Sequence record: DRR723986_1737
Length of the DNA stretch: 60,076 nt
Strand: one strand, 5' to 3'
Each line of letters opens with the position of its first letter. Position 1 is the stretch's first letter. A program made the position numbers and the translations under genes. The notes under the pieces are model-generated. The model was given only the letters and a program-made list of their open reading frames with translations. It did no database searches and was not told the origin of the DNA. Positions 57,940 to 60,076 of this stretch are shown here, in pieces.

Positions 57940-60076
57940 TTAGAGTTCCCGGAGTCGCTGCTCCTGTTCACGCAGTTTGGCCATCGCTTCCTGCTGGGCG
58001 GCGAGCTTGTCGCGTTCTTTCGCCACTACCTCGGCAGGGGCTTTGTCGACAAATGCGCTGTTGCCGAGTTTTCCCTCGAGCCGTGACAGGTCCTTGGCCA
58101 TTTTCTCAATTTCCCGACCCAGGCGCGCCAGTTCTGCATCCTTGTCGATCAGACCGGCCATGGGTACCAGTATTTCAAGGCCGCCAACCAGTGCAGTAGC
58201 CGAGACTGGGGCCTGTTCGCCACCGGAGAGCCAGGTTATATCCGCAAGCTTGGCCAGCTTTTTCAGATACGGTGCATTTATTTCCAGTCTGGATTTATCG
58301 CTTTCGCTACCGTTCCTGAGCAGTATCTGGAGTTCTTTACCCGGGGGAATATTCATTTCTCCCCGGATATTTCTTACCCCCAAAATCACGCCTTTGAGCC
58401 ATTCTATATCTGCGTTTGCGGCATTGTCCACGGCTTTGTCGTCGCTCACCGGGTAGGGCTGGAGCATGATGGTGGCACCCTGTTTTCCAGCCAGTGGAGC
58501 GGCTGTTTGCCAGATTTCTTCGGTGATAAATGGCATGAACGGATGCAGCAGACGTAGCCAGGCCTCCATAACCCGAATCAGGGTGCGGCGCGTCCCGCGC
58601 TTGGCTTCCGGCGTCGCGTTGTCGTCCCAGAGTACGGGCTTGGACAGCTCCAGATACCAGTCGCAGTACTCGTTCCAGATGAACTCATACAGGGCCTGGG
58701 AGGCGTGGTCGAAGCGATACTGGGCGACCGCATGACTCACCGCGGCTTCCGCCAGCTGCAGCTGGCCGACGATCCAGCGGTCGGCGAGGCTCAGGGTGAC
58801 CGGTGCTTCCGGATCCAGGCCGCAGTCCTCGTTCTCACAGTTCATGAGCACGTAGCGGGCGGCATTCCATATCTTGTTGCCGAAATTGCGGAAGCCCTCG
58901 ATGCGGCCGATATCAAACTTGATGTCGCGCCCGGTGGAGGCGAGCGAGTAGTAGGTGAAGCGCAATGCATCCGTGCCGTAGGCATCGATGCCGTCGGGGA
59001 AGTGTTTGCGAGTGGCTTTTTCGATACGCTGTGCCAGCTGGGGTTGCATCATACCCGCGGTGCGCTTGCTTACCAGTGTCTCCAGGTCGATGCCATCGAT
59101 AAGGTCAATGGGATCGAGCACGTTGCCCTTGGACTTGGACATTTTCTGGCCTTCGGCATCCCGCACCAGCCCATGGACATAGACCTTGCGGAACGGCACT
59201 TCCTTGCGGAAGTGCAGGGTCATCATGATCATGCGTGCGACCCAGAAGAAGATGATATCGAAGCCGGTGACCAGTACGCTCGTGGGGTGGAAGGTGGCCA
59301 GCTCTTCGGTTTCCTCCGGCCAACCCAGGGTGGAGAATGTCCACAGGGCGGAGGAGAACCAGGTGTCGAGCACATCCTCATCCTGGCGCAGGACAACGGT
59401 GTCATCCAGAGCGTTTTCCCTGCGCACCGCAGCCTCGTCCTCGGCCACGTAAATATTGCCCTCAGCGTCGTACCAGGCGGGAATGCGGTGGCCCCACCAC
59501 AGTTGACGACTGATGCACCAGTCCTGGATATCCCGCATCCAGGCAAAGTAGGTATTTTCCCATTGGCGCGGCACGAACTCGATATCACCGTTTTCCACAG
59601 CCGCGATGGCGGGTCCGGCAAGCTGTTTGGCGTCAACGTACCACTGCAGGGTGAGATACGGCTCGATAACCACGCCTGAGCGGTCTCCCCGCGGTACCTT
59701 GAGGGTGTGGTCCTCAACCTTGTCGAGCAGGCCCAGGGCCTCCAGGTCGGCAACGATGCGCTTGCGTGCCTCAAAGCGGTCCAGCCCGCGGTAGGGGGCC
59801 GGGGCGCTGTCATTGATCGCCGCGTTATCGTCGAGGATGTTGATCACTTGCAGGTTGTGGCGCTTGCCCATCTCGTAGTCGTTGAAATCGTGCGCCGGCG
59901 TGATCTTCACGCAGCCGGTGCCGAATTCACGGTCGACGTAATCGTCGGCAATGATCGGTATTTCGCGTCCGCTCAGGGGCAGGGCGATGGTCTGGCCGAC
60001 CAGGTGACTGTAGCGCTCGTCCTCCGGGTGCACCGCGACGGCGCTATCGCCGAGCATGGTTTCCGGACGGGTGGTG
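57940..60076 (-). CDS. valS: Valine--tRNA ligase, 5'-truncated by the window edge
   Basis: [39 protein letters not shown]-terminal coiled coil. Confidence 0.97.
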   Translation of the reverse strand, partial: TTRPETMLGDSAVAVHPEDERYSHLVGQTIALPLSGREIPIIADDYVDREFGTGCVKITPAHDFNDYEMGKRHNLQVINILDDNAAINDSAPAPYRGLDRFEARKRIVADLEALGLLDKVEDHTLKVPRGDRSGVVIEPYLTLQWYVDAKQLAGPAIAAVENGDIEFVPRQWENTYFAWMRDIQDWCISRQLWWGHRIPAWYDAEGNIYVAEDEAAVRRENALDDTVVLRQDEDVLDTWFSSALWTFSTLGWPEETEELATFHPTSVLVTGFDIIFFWVARMIMMTLHFRKEVPFRKVYVHGLVRDAEGQKMSKSKGNVLDPIDLIDGIDLETLVSKRTAGMMQPQLAQRIEKATRKHFPDGIDAYGTDALRFTYYSLASTGRDIKFDIGRIEGFRNFGNKIWNAARYVLMNCENEDCGLDPEAPVTLSLADRWIVGQLQLAEAAVSHAVAQYRFDHASQALYEFIWNEYCDWYLELSKPVLWDDNATPEAKRGTRRTLIRVMEAWLRLLHPFMPFITEEIWQTAAPLAGKQGATIMLQPYPVSDDKAVDNAANADIEWLKGVILGVRNIRGEMNIPPGKELQILLRNGSESDKSRLEINAPYLKKLAKLADITWLSGGEQAPVSATALVGGLEILVPMAGLIDKDAELARLGREIEKMAKDLSRLEGKLGNSAFVDKAPAEVVAKERDKLAAQQEAMAKLREQEQRLREL

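Noticed and set aside
1-60076. CRISPR arrays, tRNA/rRNA, IS elements, prophage, riboswitches
   Set aside because: None recognised by eye in the intergenic gaps or ORF set. A covariance-model search was not possible, so weak RNA motifs cannot be excluded.

Overview
GC-rich (low-60s % by eye) gammaproteobacterial chromosomal segment. Gene content suggests a marine Halieaceae/OM60-NOR5-like organism (inference). About 50 densely packed CDS; no rRNA, tRNA, CRISPR array, transposase or phage gene was seen. Main blocks: (1) a truncated tandem-RCK plus RyR-repeat protein and a MexVW-like RND pump; (2) a large lipid and acyl-CoA catabolic region (patatin/DUF3336 lipase, thiolase, two crotonases, acyl-CoA ligase, acyl-CoA dehydrogenase, SDRs, methylacyl-CoA racemase, stand-alone carboxyltransferase) around a GGDEF-AraC pair; (3) an uncharacterised envelope redox module made of a TonB receptor divergent from a tightly coupled operon (PQQ dehydrogenase, two paralogous secreted proteins, DUF6152-like, two DUF6644-like membrane proteins, an unannotated 47-aa membrane peptide) plus a convergent cytochrome c'-like gene; (4) rapA, a TatD hydrolase and a LysR regulator whose divergent partner appears to be an unannotated ~110-nt sRNA; (5) WS/DGAT, an SDR-epimerase-MFS-flavoenzyme operon, a second DUF3604 protein, two cold-shock genes and the 3' part of valS. 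Best novelty candidates: the PQQ/DUF6152/DUF6644 module, the LysR-sRNA pair, and histone-like basic tails on both the storage-lipid synthase and the lipase. Family names were assigned from remembered motifs, not database searches.
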